From the IMG/VR virus record IMGVR_UViG_3300045988_098681: DNA of 64,000 nt; one strand, written 5' to 3'. Positions 45,293 through 54,628 of the stretch are shown one piece after another. The notes beneath the pieces were generated by a model that was not told the DNA's origin, searched no databases, and saw only the letters and a program-made list of their open reading frames with translations. This DNA is from a virus. Made by a program: the position numbers and the translations under genes. Numbering within the stretch: the first letter of the stretch is position 1; the number at the start of each line of letters is the position of its first letter.

Positions 45293-45872
45293 AGGTTCGT
45301 GGAGCGAGGTCTTAAATGACTCTCGCTTCACCGTATCCAAACCACCACTTGACAAAAAGCCAAGCGAAAAGTTCAAAAAATCTATCATCACAGCCGAACA
45401 TTCGCCAATTCGCGACTTAATCGTGCGTGTAGATTTGGAGGATATTCCAACATGGGTTGCAACACACCTTGTTCGCCATAAGTGGGAAAAATTCGTACAA
45501 ACACAACGTACAGATCGCACAGGTGTGGATAGACATACTCTACCCCAAGACGCTCCTGTGTCTATGCGATGTGAACTTAACGCTCAACACCTTATCGACA
45601 CAAGCAGGAAACGTTTGTGTTTTCAAGCTAGTAAAGAAACTAGGGAACTTTGGGAAGAATTTAAGTATGAACTACACAAGGTTGAGCCTATTCTTGCCGA
45701 TATGATGGTTCCAAATTGCGTTTATCGATGCGGTTGCCCAGAGTTAAGTTGTTGTGGAATGGTAGAAAAGTGGTTACCGTTTACTAAAATTGACTTGACA
45801 AATATTCAAGAACGGTATAAAATGTATAACGAATGGTTGTATAATAAGTGGAAAGAAAAAAGGGGAGAGTAA
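45267..45872 (+). CDS. thyX: ThyX-like flavin-dependent thymidylate synthase (divergent signature)
   Basis: AEHSPIRDL..(x)..THLVRHKWEKFVQTQRTDR resembles the ThyX RHRxxSxxxxSxR motif but lacks the serines. Confidence 0.55.
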   Translation: MRVTNIQIKGSWSEVLNDSRFTVSKPPLDKKPSEKFKKSIITAEHSPIRDLIVRVDLEDIPTWVATHLVRHKWEKFVQTQRTDRTGVDRHTLPQDAPVSMRCELNAQHLIDTSRKRLCFQASKETRELWEEFKYELHKVEPILADMMVPNCVYRCGCPELSCCGMVEKWLPFTKIDLTNIQERYKMYNEWLYNKWKEKRGE

Positions 45873-46319
45873 ATGGGAAAATATATGGATAATGCAAAGT
45901 TATTACATGATTACCTTAAATCGATACAAGTTGGAAAGGGGAATAAGATGAAAGATAAAATTATTTACACTAAACCATTAGAAAAAACAGAATATGGAGG
46001 CACTTTATCGCCATTTTATATAAATAATACATATGGAACATTGGGCAATAAAGTATATATTGAAAAAGTCCTCTACAACAATCCTGCCACAATCGTATTT
46101 TGGAGCGATGGAACACAAACGCGCAACATCTGCCCAAAAGAAACACTCTACAACCCAGACACAGGGCTTGCATTTTGTGTCCTTAAAAAGTTCATGGGTG
46201 GCGATGAGATGGCTAAGTTGTTCAATGATTGGGAACTCAAAGACTATCGTAGAGATAAAGGTAATTGGGTTGAGCTAAAAGATGTAAGAAAAGCGCATAA
46301 AAAAGAAAATAATGCTTGA
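45873..46319 (+). CDS. hypothetical protein
   Basis: 148-aa ORF abutting the thyX stop. Confidence 0.6.
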   Translation: MGKYMDNAKLLHDYLKSIQVGKGNKMKDKIIYTKPLEKTEYGGTLSPFYINNTYGTLGNKVYIEKVLYNNPATIVFWSDGTQTRNICPKETLYNPDTGLAFCVLKKFMGGDEMAKLFNDWELKDYRRDKGNWVELKDVRKAHKKENNA

Positions 46320-46344
46320 CTCCTTGTAACGTTTATTGTATAAG
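46316..46344 (+). promoter_or_regulatory. sigma-A-type promoter
   Basis: AATGCTTGACT - 17 nt - TATAAG. Confidence 0.5.
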
Positions 46345-46366
46345 AAGAAAAAAAGGGAGGTAAAAC

Positions 46367-46612
46367 ATGAGTTATGCACATAACAAAAGAAAAAAGAATC
46401 GTGCAAAATTTGAGGACTTGATGTGCAATACATTCGATGAGTTTTGCACCAAGCGAAATCGTCCTGCACCAATGTTACTCACAAAAGAACAATACGACCA
46501 AGAGATGTATTTGTGGATCAACTACAAGAAATACTATAAGATGGAAATGACGATGCAAGAGAGAGCATGGGCATCTAATCATGCAAAGGAGGCTTATAGT
46601 GCGTTGGAATAG
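46367..46612 (+). CDS. hypothetical protein
   Basis: AAGGGAGGT RBS. Confidence 0.6.
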   Translation: MSYAHNKRKKNRAKFEDLMCNTFDEFCTKRNRPAPMLLTKEQYDQEMYLWINYKKYYKMEMTMQERAWASNHAKEAYSALE

Positions 46613-47222
46613 GCTTATCACAGAGATAAAAGAGGGGAAAAGAAAAGTTGTCGATGATAATATTCTTGTTCTCCTTGTGGGCAAAAGTGGGGCAGGAAAA
46701 ACAACCCTAGAAAATAGACTTGTTAAGAACTTTGGCTTTCGTGGCACAAAATCCTACACCACAAGACCAAGACGATTTGAAGGTGAGGATAGCCATATCT
46801 TTATTAGCGAAGAAGAGTTCAACGCTCTTGAAAATAAGGTTGCCTATACCGAGTTCAATGGCTATAAGTATTGTGCCACAAAAGAACAACTCGATAATGC
46901 AAATGTCTATGTAGTTGACCCAGATGGGGTGGAAACTCTTATGAAAAACTACGATAGGAACTTTTTCATCGTATTTCTTGACGTTAATAAGCAATTATGC
47001 GAAAAGCGTATGAAAGAGCGTGGTGACGATTCTAACGCAATTAAAACAAGGTTAGATAGTGATGAAAAAATCTTTGAAACATTCAAAGCAAAAGCAGATG
47101 TGGTTATTGACGCAAGTGGTGGCATAGATAGAATGGTGGGAGATTTCTTAGTGTACTATATTATGATGCGTCTTGAAAGCGAGGTGGTAGAGTGGGAACG
47201 TTTGAACCGAAAATTACCGTAA
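46599..47222 (+). CDS. guanylate-kinase-like (d)NMP kinase
   Basis: GTG after AAGGAGG; P-loop GKSGAGKTT; TTRPRR..E. Confidence 0.7.
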   Translation: MRWNRLITEIKEGKRKVVDDNILVLLVGKSGAGKTTLENRLVKNFGFRGTKSYTTRPRRFEGEDSHIFISEEEFNALENKVAYTEFNGYKYCATKEQLDNANVYVVDPDGVETLMKNYDRNFFIVFLDVNKQLCEKRMKERGDDSNAIKTRLDSDEKIFETFKAKADVVIDASGGIDRMVGDFLVYYIMMRLESEVVEWERLNRKLP

Positions 47223-47875
47223 TGGTTGATCTTGATGACGTCCTATGGAATTTGGTTGAGCATTGGATAGATATGTATAAACATCATCGTGCCATGAGTT
47301 TTAAGTGGTGTATTTTAGACGATGCACACGATGAGGTTCTTAACTCTTCCATGGTTACATCATGGGATATTGAGTCTTGTCTTGAGCCAACAGATAAAAA
47401 ACTATTTTGGTCGGTGCTTGATACTAAGGGATTTTGGGATACAATCACAGCAAATCTCGAAACAATCTATGCACTAAAAGCCATCAACGACAACCCAAAC
47501 ATCGACCTCATCATTTGCACCGATACTTACTATAAGTCAGCAACCGCAAAACTCACACGATTTTTCGAGTTATTCCCATTCATTGAGCCACGACAAGTTA
47601 TCTGTATGAAAGAAAAATGGAGACTCGATGCAGATATTGTAATTGATGACAAACCAGAAACACTTGAAAAATTTATGTTAAAGCAAAACCCACCTGTTGC
47701 AATTATGAAAATAAACAAACCTTGGAACGAAACGACAATTTGTGACTATTCGTTCAATGAGTTTAACGATGGGATTGCTAGATTTTGTAAAGATGCTGCT
47801 CAATCATACGTTGATGTAATGAAAGAAATTAGATTAGAAGGAGGAAATTCTTATGAGAGATGTTACTACAATTAA
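47222..47875 (+). CDS. HAD-family 5'(3')-deoxyribonucleotidase-like protein
   Basis: motif I VDLDDVL; later IVIDDKP; TAATG-coupled. Confidence 0.6.
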   Translation: MVDLDDVLWNLVEHWIDMYKHHRAMSFKWCILDDAHDEVLNSSMVTSWDIESCLEPTDKKLFWSVLDTKGFWDTITANLETIYALKAINDNPNIDLIICTDTYYKSATAKLTRFFELFPFIEPRQVICMKEKWRLDADIVIDDKPETLEKFMLKQNPPVAIMKINKPWNETTICDYSFNEFNDGIARFCKDAAQSYVDVMKEIRLEGGNSYERCYYN

Positions 47876-48302
47876 ATTTGCTAAACTTGTCGATAGTGCC
47901 ACTATCCCAAGTGGAAGAGATGAGGACTTGGGTATTGACTTTTACGCTTATGACAAGAGAATGTTAACCGTTACGTTAAAGCCACATATTGTATACCAAT
48001 TACCGACCGGTATCATTATGGCTATGGACGAAGGCTATGGCATGATTCTTAAAGAGCGTAGTTCGCTTGGCTCAAAAGGTGTTGCCCTAAGAGCAGGAGT
48101 CATTGATAGTGGGTATCGTGGTGAAGTCATTATTTGTTTAGAGAACACAACCGACAACGATATTAACATTGACCTTACTAAAGCAATCGCACAAGGGGTA
48201 CTTATCCCAAATCCTAAAAAAGTGATTGAGGAATACAAGATGGATGAGATTATGGCAATTGATAGCGAGAGAGGGGTTAGAGGATTTGGGTCAACAAATT
48301 AA
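47853..48302 (+). CDS. dut: dUTP diphosphatase
   Basis: GIDFYA, GVIDSGYRGEV, C-terminal RGVRGFGST. Confidence 0.85.
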   Translation: MRDVTTIKFAKLVDSATIPSGRDEDLGIDFYAYDKRMLTVTLKPHIVYQLPTGIIMAMDEGYGMILKERSSLGSKGVALRAGVIDSGYRGEVIICLENTTDNDINIDLTKAIAQGVLIPNPKKVIEEYKMDEIMAIDSERGVRGFGSTN

Positions 48303-48561
48303 AACTTCGACTAAGCTGACAGAAAATAGTTTGTGTGACAAACTCACCACTAATACTTCAAGCAAGACACAAACCATTACTATTAACAACAATGCAGTTC
48401 TATGCAGACAATGTCGTTTATGTAAACGTGATGTTGCGATATCTGCTTATTCACCAGAAAACAGTCCATATTGCCCCGATTGTGAAAAGGCACTAAACGA
48501 AATAATTACATGGTGGAATAGTACCGCTAGAAAGTGGTGGGTAAGCAAAAAAAGTAAATAA
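48244..48561 (+). CDS. possible Zn-ribbon protein (start uncertain)
   Basis: CRQCRLC...CPDC near the C-terminus; overlaps the dut 3' end; weak start signals. Confidence 0.3.
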   Translation: MRLWQLIAREGLEDLGQQIKTSTKLTENSLCDKLTTNTSSKTQTITINNNAVLCRQCRLCKRDVAISAYSPENSPYCPDCEKALNEIITWWNSTARKWWVSKKSK

Positions 48562-48567
48562 ATCCGA

Positions 48568-48600
48568 AAAAAGACAGAGAATTAAATTCTCTGTCTTTTA
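48568..48600. terminator. bidirectional intrinsic terminator between convergent arms
   Basis: AGACAGAGA-ATTAAAT-TCTCTGTCT hairpin flanked by an A-run upstream and a T-run downstream. Confidence 0.75.
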
Positions 48601-48619
48601 TTCTGTTATATATCACAAT

Positions 48620-49141
48620 TTATTGAATTTTCACGAGGTCAACTTCAACTTCTTGCGTTTTATCATTCATAATTGTTTGGCTCTTGCCTGTATAGCCATC
48701 TGCTTCGACTGTTACGCTATATTTTTCATCGAGCATAGGAAGGCAATACTTAATATAATCTTCCCCTGTTGCAATCGGGTCAACAGCAATTGAGTTCTTA
48801 TCGAGGACTTGTACTGTCGCTTCTTTTGGCGTAAATTTGACGGTTAAAATATAGCCATTGTTAAATGTGGTTACATTGCCAACTTTCACAAAGAAGTTCC
48901 CATCGAGTCCAACGCCACAATTCCCCGCAATCAAGTCTACATTTTTGCCATTGTTCTTGAGAGTTACACATGGTCTGTATCCGTCAACTTTTACAATCTT
49001 GAAAGTTTCTCCATCCCACATTTGACCGCAACCTGTGACTGCTTTTTGAACATCTACCTCTTGTGCATTTGCAAGGCAAAGAACGCCGTTAATAGTTTTA
49101 AGGCTTGCATCGAATTTGAAGCCTCCGCAAAATTTAGCCAT
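48620..49141 (-). CDS. hypothetical late protein (last gene of tail operon)
   Basis: TAGGAGGT RBS. Confidence 0.65.
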   Translation of the reverse strand: MAKFCGGFKFDASLKTINGVLCLANAQEVDVQKAVTGCGQMWDGETFKIVKVDGYRPCVTLKNNGKNVDLIAGNCGVGLDGNFFVKVGNVTTFNNGYILTVKFTPKEATVQVLDKNSIAVDPIATGEDYIKYCLPMLDEKYSVTVEADGYTGKSQTIMNDKTQEVEVDLVKIQ

Positions 49142-49151
49142 TTGTTACCTC

Positions 49152-49322
49152 CTATAAATTCGTGTAATCTACACCATATCTGTCGAAAAGTTCTTTAATT
49201 TCTTGTCTTTTTACAAGTTGTTTTCTTTGCCCTTTGTTTACATTGTCAAAGAGCGTTTGGAGAGCTGAACCTGTATCGGTCTTGGCTTGTTCAACTCTTT
49301 CTTTAAGTAATTGTTTATTCAT
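49152..49322 (-). CDS. hypothetical protein (56 aa)
   Basis: not in track; MNKQLLKERVEQAKTDTGSALQTLFDNVNKGQRKQLVKRQEIKELFDRYGVDYTNL; overlaps upstream stop (ATGAATAA). Confidence 0.4.
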   Translation of the reverse strand: MNKQLLKERVEQAKTDTGSALQTLFDNVNKGQRKQLVKRQEIKELFDRYGVDYTNL

Positions 49323-49530
49323 TAACATTTACCCCCAATTCTGTTAGAGCAGATTTATAATCTTGCTCTGTCGCTTGGTCGGATATTGATTTTTCACTTG
49401 GATATTGTCCAGTGATTGCGTAAAAATCCTCTTTTGTAATATTACCCCTATCATAAATTTTTTGAAGCCTATCGAGGGTAATTCGTTTACTATTATAAAG
49501 TCTTAAAAGACTATCGTTTAAAATTGACAT
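49315..49530 (-). CDS. xkdX: XkdX-family phage protein
   Basis: size, position after the fibre genes, and ...GNITKEDFYAITGQ motif. Confidence 0.6.
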   Translation of the reverse strand: MSILNDSLLRLYNSKRITLDRLQKIYDRGNITKEDFYAITGQYPSEKSISDQATEQDYKSALTELGVNVNE

Positions 49531-49802
49531 TATAGTACCCCGCTTTCAATTAGTGATAATGTATATTTATCGTTTGCATCATCAACAAGTATTTGTGCAA
49601 TTTGTGCATGATTCTCTTTGTATTCCTCATATGTATATTGACGCTCTGTGTATTCGTAAATATCTGCTTGTTCTAATAATTCATTTAGTTCATTTTTTAC
49701 TTCTGCTTTTTGAACGTTTGTGTGAACATATATTGTATCAACATTCATAATAAGTGGTGCAGATGCTTCTTTTGAGCCAGTAACCTTATCTATTTTTACC
49801 AT
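49530..49802 (-). CDS. hypothetical protein (XkdW-position)
   Basis: GGAGGGAGAG RBS. Confidence 0.55.
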   Translation of the reverse strand: MVKIDKVTGSKEASAPLIMNVDTIYVHTNVQKAEVKNELNELLEQADIYEYTERQYTYEEYKENHAQIAQILVDDANDKYTLSLIESGVL

Positions 49803-49870
49803 TTCTCTCCCTCCTTCTTGTCCTATGAGGACGGAAAATCTTAATTGTATTTTTGATAGTTTGTGTTGTT

Positions 49871-51328
49871 TTATAAGTACATTAGGCGGGAACCGAGGTA
49901 CGCATACGAGACCGACGCGGAGTTAATCACACTACAGTAGAACACTCCCGCAAAGTCACCACCATTCCAATGACCGCCGACAAAAGGAAAGCTAGACGCG
50001 TAGAGAAGAGCGTAGTCGGAGTAATATGTGGCTGAACTGCCATTCGCAACTTTTAGAACAAAACCGCCGTTATTTGCTCCTTGCGATTCTTTCATAAAAC
50101 CTTCAATATTACTTGTGACATCACTACTTACATTATATTCCCATGCACTTGCGCTTGTGTCTACACTAAAATTATCAGTTGTTGTAAGTAGATTTCTATT
50201 ACTATTACTATACAAACCACTAATAAACTGATACACATTTCCCCACAAGTCCTCAAGACCAAACAACTTCATTCTATCATCACCACTGTTCGGATTGCCA
50301 TAACACATACCCCGTGCATTAGTTGCGCCAGTTGTTTGAGCCCGTGACGCTGAGCCGCCTATAAACCCTTTACCAAGAGCCGCTTGTGAGTTCAAGTTAC
50401 CATATTTCATTACATACAATGCCTGCACATAAGTCCATTGATAAAAAGCCATAATTTCATAGCCGGAGCCACGATTATGTGCATAATTGATAAAGTCAGT
50501 GATTGATGTATTTACAAGTGGCGCAAATCCACTATTGCTACCTAACTTGCTACTTGAACCTGTGGCACTATATGCACCAAGATAAAAGTAATCTTTTTGC
50601 ACATTTCCACGTTTATGTGCTAGATACTGGAAATTACTATCGTTCTTTGCGTCAGTGAGTTTAATAGTAATAACCTTATTATTATCTGTACTGATATCCA
50701 AACCCATTCTAGGGAACTCAATCATTACGTCGTAATTTGTATCTGTAATTGGTGCGGTTGAGCCGCTTGTGTATTTTGTAAAATCATTCGGATTCAAATA
50801 TCCTTGCACTACACCATCGCGCATGATACAAGGTTTATAACCAAATATATCATCCCATTCACTCGAACCCTTTGTCATACCAACAGCATCATCTGCATAG
50901 GTACAACAAGTGAGTGGGTTAGAATTGCTTTGGTCGATTCTAATTGTATATATTTTCTCTGCAACAGGTGTAACACTTACAATCTGCGACCCATCTGTGT
51001 TAATTCCACCACTTGTAGTTTTCGGAAATACAGAAATATAATATGTAACTCCATTCGTCAATCCAGTAACTGTAAGTGGATTGCTTGCATATTGATTTCT
51101 AGTTGTTTCAACAACTGCCACTATTCCATCTGTTGCGCTCGTTGGTGCAGAACCAGCTTTATAGCGTACAACAGTCTCTTTCCATGTATAATTGTCACCT
51201 TGAGCCGCTGGGTCATTCCATGTTAAACTAAATTGACCACTTCCTTTTGTAACGACAATATTTGTGCATGGTGGTGGAGCGATTGATGGGTTGGCTCCTG
51301 TACAACAATTCGTCCATCCTTGTGCCAT
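49871..51328 (-). CDS. tail fibre / receptor-binding protein with N-terminal FN3-like domain
   Basis: ...FSLTWNDP...YTWKETVVRYKAGSAPTS...LTVTGLTNGVTYYISVFP. Confidence 0.6.
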   Translation of the reverse strand: MAQGWTNCCTGANPSIAPPPCTNIVVTKGSGQFSLTWNDPAAQGDNYTWKETVVRYKAGSAPTSATDGIVAVVETTRNQYASNPLTVTGLTNGVTYYISVFPKTTSGGINTDGSQIVSVTPVAEKIYTIRIDQSNSNPLTCCTYADDAVGMTKGSSEWDDIFGYKPCIMRDGVVQGYLNPNDFTKYTSGSTAPITDTNYDVMIEFPRMGLDISTDNNKVITIKLTDAKNDSNFQYLAHKRGNVQKDYFYLGAYSATGSSSKLGSNSGFAPLVNTSITDFINYAHNRGSGYEIMAFYQWTYVQALYVMKYGNLNSQAALGKGFIGGSASRAQTTGATNARGMCYGNPNSGDDRMKLFGLEDLWGNVYQFISGLYSNSNRNLLTTTDNFSVDTSASAWEYNVSSDVTSNIEGFMKESQGANNGGFVLKVANGSSATYYSDYALLYASSFPFVGGHWNGGDFAGVFYCSVINSASVSYAYLGSRLMYL

Positions 51329-51329
51329 G

Positions 51330-52433
51330 TTAATTCTCCTTTGTTAATATAATGTTCGGAATTGTAATAGTGCCACTTGGTTTGCTTTTGCACCAAATTG
51401 TAACAATCCCATTTCCACTTGTCGCACCAATGTAATTGCCACTTTCTTGCTCTGTTGGGGCAAAGTTGACAAGTGGAATATAATCTGCTGTCGCGCCTGT
51501 TACTGTTAAATTCGCCTTAAATTGGTAGTCAGTATAGGTTGTTGTGTCGCTAACCCATGCAGAAAGAGGACAAGATATATTTGTGACAACTTTTATGTCT
51601 GGGATAGGTGTAGTGTTTGGAATTGCGCCTACATCAGATGCGGTAAGTGTGACTGCGCCTGTTTTGTTGTTTACAGAGGTAACTGGTGATATAGGAATTT
51701 CATCAACAGTCCACACATTATCAGGACTCAAAAGAAATAAGATCATTCTATCGGGTTTGAATGTGATAAACGCAAAAGAATTATCAATGGGGAGAACTGA
51801 TAGTCCGGTTAATTCATGGTTATCGCTAAAAAGCACTTTTTTACCTGCATTAAACGCATTTACTACTTCTTGGTACGCTGTTACGTTGTACATAGCCCAA
51901 AATATATCAAGCTTTGATTCTAAAAACTTTTTATTAACAATACCCATATCGGTAGTTGGTCCTGCGGAAACTTCGATTTTACCACTGTACAATGCTTTAA
52001 TGTAAGCATTTTGTTTATATTGACCATAATAATATCCATCTTCGCCATTCAAAAAACCTAACTCTATATTTCCGCCAAGAGAACTTCCTGAAATTACTAA
52101 TTCCTCAACGTCATCATTTATCTTAGTCCATGCCGCAGGAACTGTTCCCACATTTCCAGCAGTAAGCGTAATATCTGCGCTCAGAGCTTTGCCATTTACT
52201 TTTCTAGTATTCGGCACATATGTATTTTGCAACGTTGCAACCGCACCTTTAACCGCTGTCATATCGGTTTTAAGTGCGCTTGTATCGGTCTGCAAACTCT
52301 CAATGTCCGATTCTGCCAGAGCTATATTATCTTCGTTTGTGTTAATACGAGTGGATAATGCCGTATCAGCATCATCCACATATTCTCTTGTTGTTAAATC
52401 TTTGGGGTCTTGAATTGTTCCTAAATATTTCAT
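51330..52433 (-). CDS. tail fibre protein
   Basis: N-terminal DPKDLTTREYVDD then coiled-coil heptads, typical fibre shaft. Confidence 0.6.
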   Translation of the reverse strand: MKYLGTIQDPKDLTTREYVDDADTALSTRINTNEDNIALAESDIESLQTDTSALKTDMTAVKGAVATLQNTYVPNTRKVNGKALSADITLTAGNVGTVPAAWTKINDDVEELVISGSSLGGNIELGFLNGEDGYYYGQYKQNAYIKALYSGKIEVSAGPTTDMGIVNKKFLESKLDIFWAMYNVTAYQEVVNAFNAGKKVLFSDNHELTGLSVLPIDNSFAFITFKPDRMILFLLSPDNVWTVDEIPISPVTSVNNKTGAVTLTASDVGAIPNTTPIPDIKVVTNISCPLSAWVSDTTTYTDYQFKANLTVTGATADYIPLVNFAPTEQESGNYIGATSGNGIVTIWCKSKPSGTITIPNIILTKEN

Positions 52434-52449
52434 AGGCTTGACCTCCTTT

Positions 52450-53826
52450 TTATAATGTTGTTACCACAATCTTTACTACATAAGTAACCGCTTTAGCAAT
52501 CGAAGCTGTTACTTTTGAGTCTTTTATAATTGAGTCTACAACAACCTCCTCCCCTGTTGTCGCATTTGTCGCAACAATAGAGAGGACTTCTTTATCACCA
52601 ATTTGGATTGCAACGCTCGTTGCACCAACAGCAATATTACCACTAACTTTTGTAATTGCTTTTGTTTTAAGTGTCGCAATATCAACAAGCGCACTTGTAA
52701 ATTTTGTGTGGTCTTCGGCACTCATAAGCCCATTCACGCTATCGGTAGCAACCGTTGAAGGAATCGTAACCTCGTGTTCGCCCGCCGCAGTTAATCTGCC
52801 ATATTGGTCTACGGTAAAACTAGGGACTTTGAATGTTGTGCCAAAAGCAGGAGTTTGTGCAGTTGAATCGCCATACCCACCTGTCGTAACGCCACTATTT
52901 TCAAGTGCGATTTCTCTAGTTGTGCCTGTGCCTGTTACACTAATTGGGCTATCGCCTGTAATGCTCGTGATTGCACCATCAATATTAGTTTGTACTACGT
53001 CCCAGTCGGAGTTTTGATTGCCTGTACCTTTTCTTGCTACAACAGCAATCATCAAATCGCCGACTTCGCACTTTTGCCCCACATAAGTTCCTGCTGTGCC
53101 AATCATATAGAGCCAACCTATATCGTAGGTAGTTGGAATATCGTCAACAGAATTGATCGTTCCTTTATAAACAATTCCTTGACTAGCAGAGATAATTGCG
53201 TCAACATAAGCCTTAATAACTTTATTTTGAACCGCATTGGTGCTAGTTGCAGACATTTCAGTATCAACTACCGGTTGGTCTGTTAAATCATTATAGCTAC
53301 CACTAAAGTCAGATGTACCTGCTCCAATATTGGCTCTAGCTTGAGTCTTTTGTTCGTTTGTTAAAGTTTGAGCCGTATATTTAACTGCGTTTGTAGTGAC
53401 TTCCCCACTTTGCCCATCTACACTCGTGACAGGCGTAATCGTGTTATTACCTAAAGTGATAACGCCACCCTCAATTTTAGCATCCACAATGCCATAGCCC
53501 GCAAGTGTAGTTGGAGTATCTAATACACCACTCCATTCAACACTATCGGCAACTCCACCGCCTGTGGTAGACAATGTACCCTCGGGGCTAATTTGTAAGC
53601 CTCCGCCTACTTTAATACCACCAAGCGTAGATGAACTTGCGATAGGAAGTTCATAAATCCCACCAACAGGCTTCCATTCTGTGCCATTGTGTTGGTACAA
53701 AAGTTTATCGGTTGTGTTAAAATAAAGTTGACCCGCTTTTCCATTTGCAGGTGGCGCAGCAAGATTTTGGATAACCGCATTTTGTAGCTCATTTTGCACT
53801 AAATCAATAGGAACTAAAAATTTCAT
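52450..53826 (-). CDS. tail fibre protein
   Basis: N-terminal ...NELQNAVIQNLAAPPANGKAGQLYFNT...LYQHNGTEWKPVG (common fibre N-module), G/T/S-rich repeats. Confidence 0.65.
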   Translation of the reverse strand: MKFLVPIDLVQNELQNAVIQNLAAPPANGKAGQLYFNTTDKLLYQHNGTEWKPVGGIYELPIASSSTLGGIKVGGGLQISPEGTLSTTGGGVADSVEWSGVLDTPTTLAGYGIVDAKIEGGVITLGNNTITPVTSVDGQSGEVTTNAVKYTAQTLTNEQKTQARANIGAGTSDFSGSYNDLTDQPVVDTEMSATSTNAVQNKVIKAYVDAIISASQGIVYKGTINSVDDIPTTYDIGWLYMIGTAGTYVGQKCEVGDLMIAVVARKGTGNQNSDWDVVQTNIDGAITSITGDSPISVTGTGTTREIALENSGVTTGGYGDSTAQTPAFGTTFKVPSFTVDQYGRLTAAGEHEVTIPSTVATDSVNGLMSAEDHTKFTSALVDIATLKTKAITKVSGNIAVGATSVAIQIGDKEVLSIVATNATTGEEVVVDSIIKDSKVTASIAKAVTYVVKIVVTTL

Positions 53827-53841
53827 AAATTTGTCCTCCTT

Positions 53842-54216
53842 CTAGTTTAAGTAGCATGTTCCAGAAAACGATGCACTAAACTGTATCGTTAAATTCTCTT
53901 TGTCTAAATATGTAACTTCGCCCATAACTTGCGTCCCCGCAGAGTCCACCACCGTACAACTTGGGAACTTGTTGAGGGGGTGTTTAATCGTCCATAAATC
54001 GAGAGGGGTTTTCTGCTCATGTATAAATGTCTCGGGATTATTTACCCCATACAAGTACAAATCTTTTGAGGTCTTATCACCGATCAATTTTACGCCATTG
54101 ATAGAAGGTTTATTGTTGAGGTCATTATAATTTGAACTATCTATTGTTTGAGCAACGTTAGGTGTAACCAAAGCAATAGAGCCATCAATCGAGGCAATTT
54201 CCATGTTAATTTCCAT
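53842..54216 (-). CDS. hypothetical tail-associated protein
   Basis: AGAGGTGA RBS. Confidence 0.55.
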   Translation of the reverse strand: MEINMEIASIDGSIALVTPNVAQTIDSSNYNDLNNKPSINGVKLIGDKTSKDLYLYGVNNPETFIHEQKTPLDLWTIKHPLNKFPSCTVVDSAGTQVMGEVTYLDKENLTIQFSASFSGTCYLN

Positions 54217-54569
54217 TATATCACCTCTTTATCAATCACCCTCACAACACGAATCTCATACTCAAGTGTGCCGATTATTTTATTTGTCGATTCGTTTTTT
54301 GCGCGAAGTTGTATTGAAATATTTTTATCCATTGTGAGCGTTTGTTCTTGTGTAAAAGTACACATAATCGCACACCCACAATCAGTTTGTGTAATTGTTA
54401 AATCTTCGTTCGTTAAGACGAAGTATTTGTTGACACCTGTTTTGACCGCAATACGCACATTATAACCTTGCGATAAATCATAGTCAACATTCAAAGTTAA
54501 AACAGGAGTTGTACCTTGCACGATTACAAGTGGTTTATCGACCTTGTAGCAATCGCTTTGACATCTCAT
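54216..54569 (-). CDS. hypothetical tail-associated protein
   Basis: AAAGGAGGT RBS. Confidence 0.55.
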   Translation of the reverse strand: MRCQSDCYKVDKPLVIVQGTTPVLTLNVDYDLSQGYNVRIAVKTGVNKYFVLTNEDLTITQTDCGCAIMCTFTQEQTLTMDKNISIQLRAKNESTNKIIGTLEYEIRVVRVIDKEVI

Positions 54570-54598
54570 ATTATACCTCCTTTCTAACTAGCTATAAA

Positions 54599-54627
54599 AT
54601 ATTATTGTCAATATATATAGTATGCAA
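54599..54627 (-). promoter_or_regulatory. possible internal sigma-A-like promoter in the late operon
   Basis: minus strand TTGCAT - 17 nt - TAATAT; AT-rich context, so it could be a chance match. Confidence 0.3.
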
Positions 54628-54628
54628 C

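Noticed and set aside
50804-52005. Plus-strand ORFs of 140 and 153 aa inside the fibre genes
   Set aside because: They are antisense to long minus-strand structural ORFs, lack an RBS and have low-complexity sequence.
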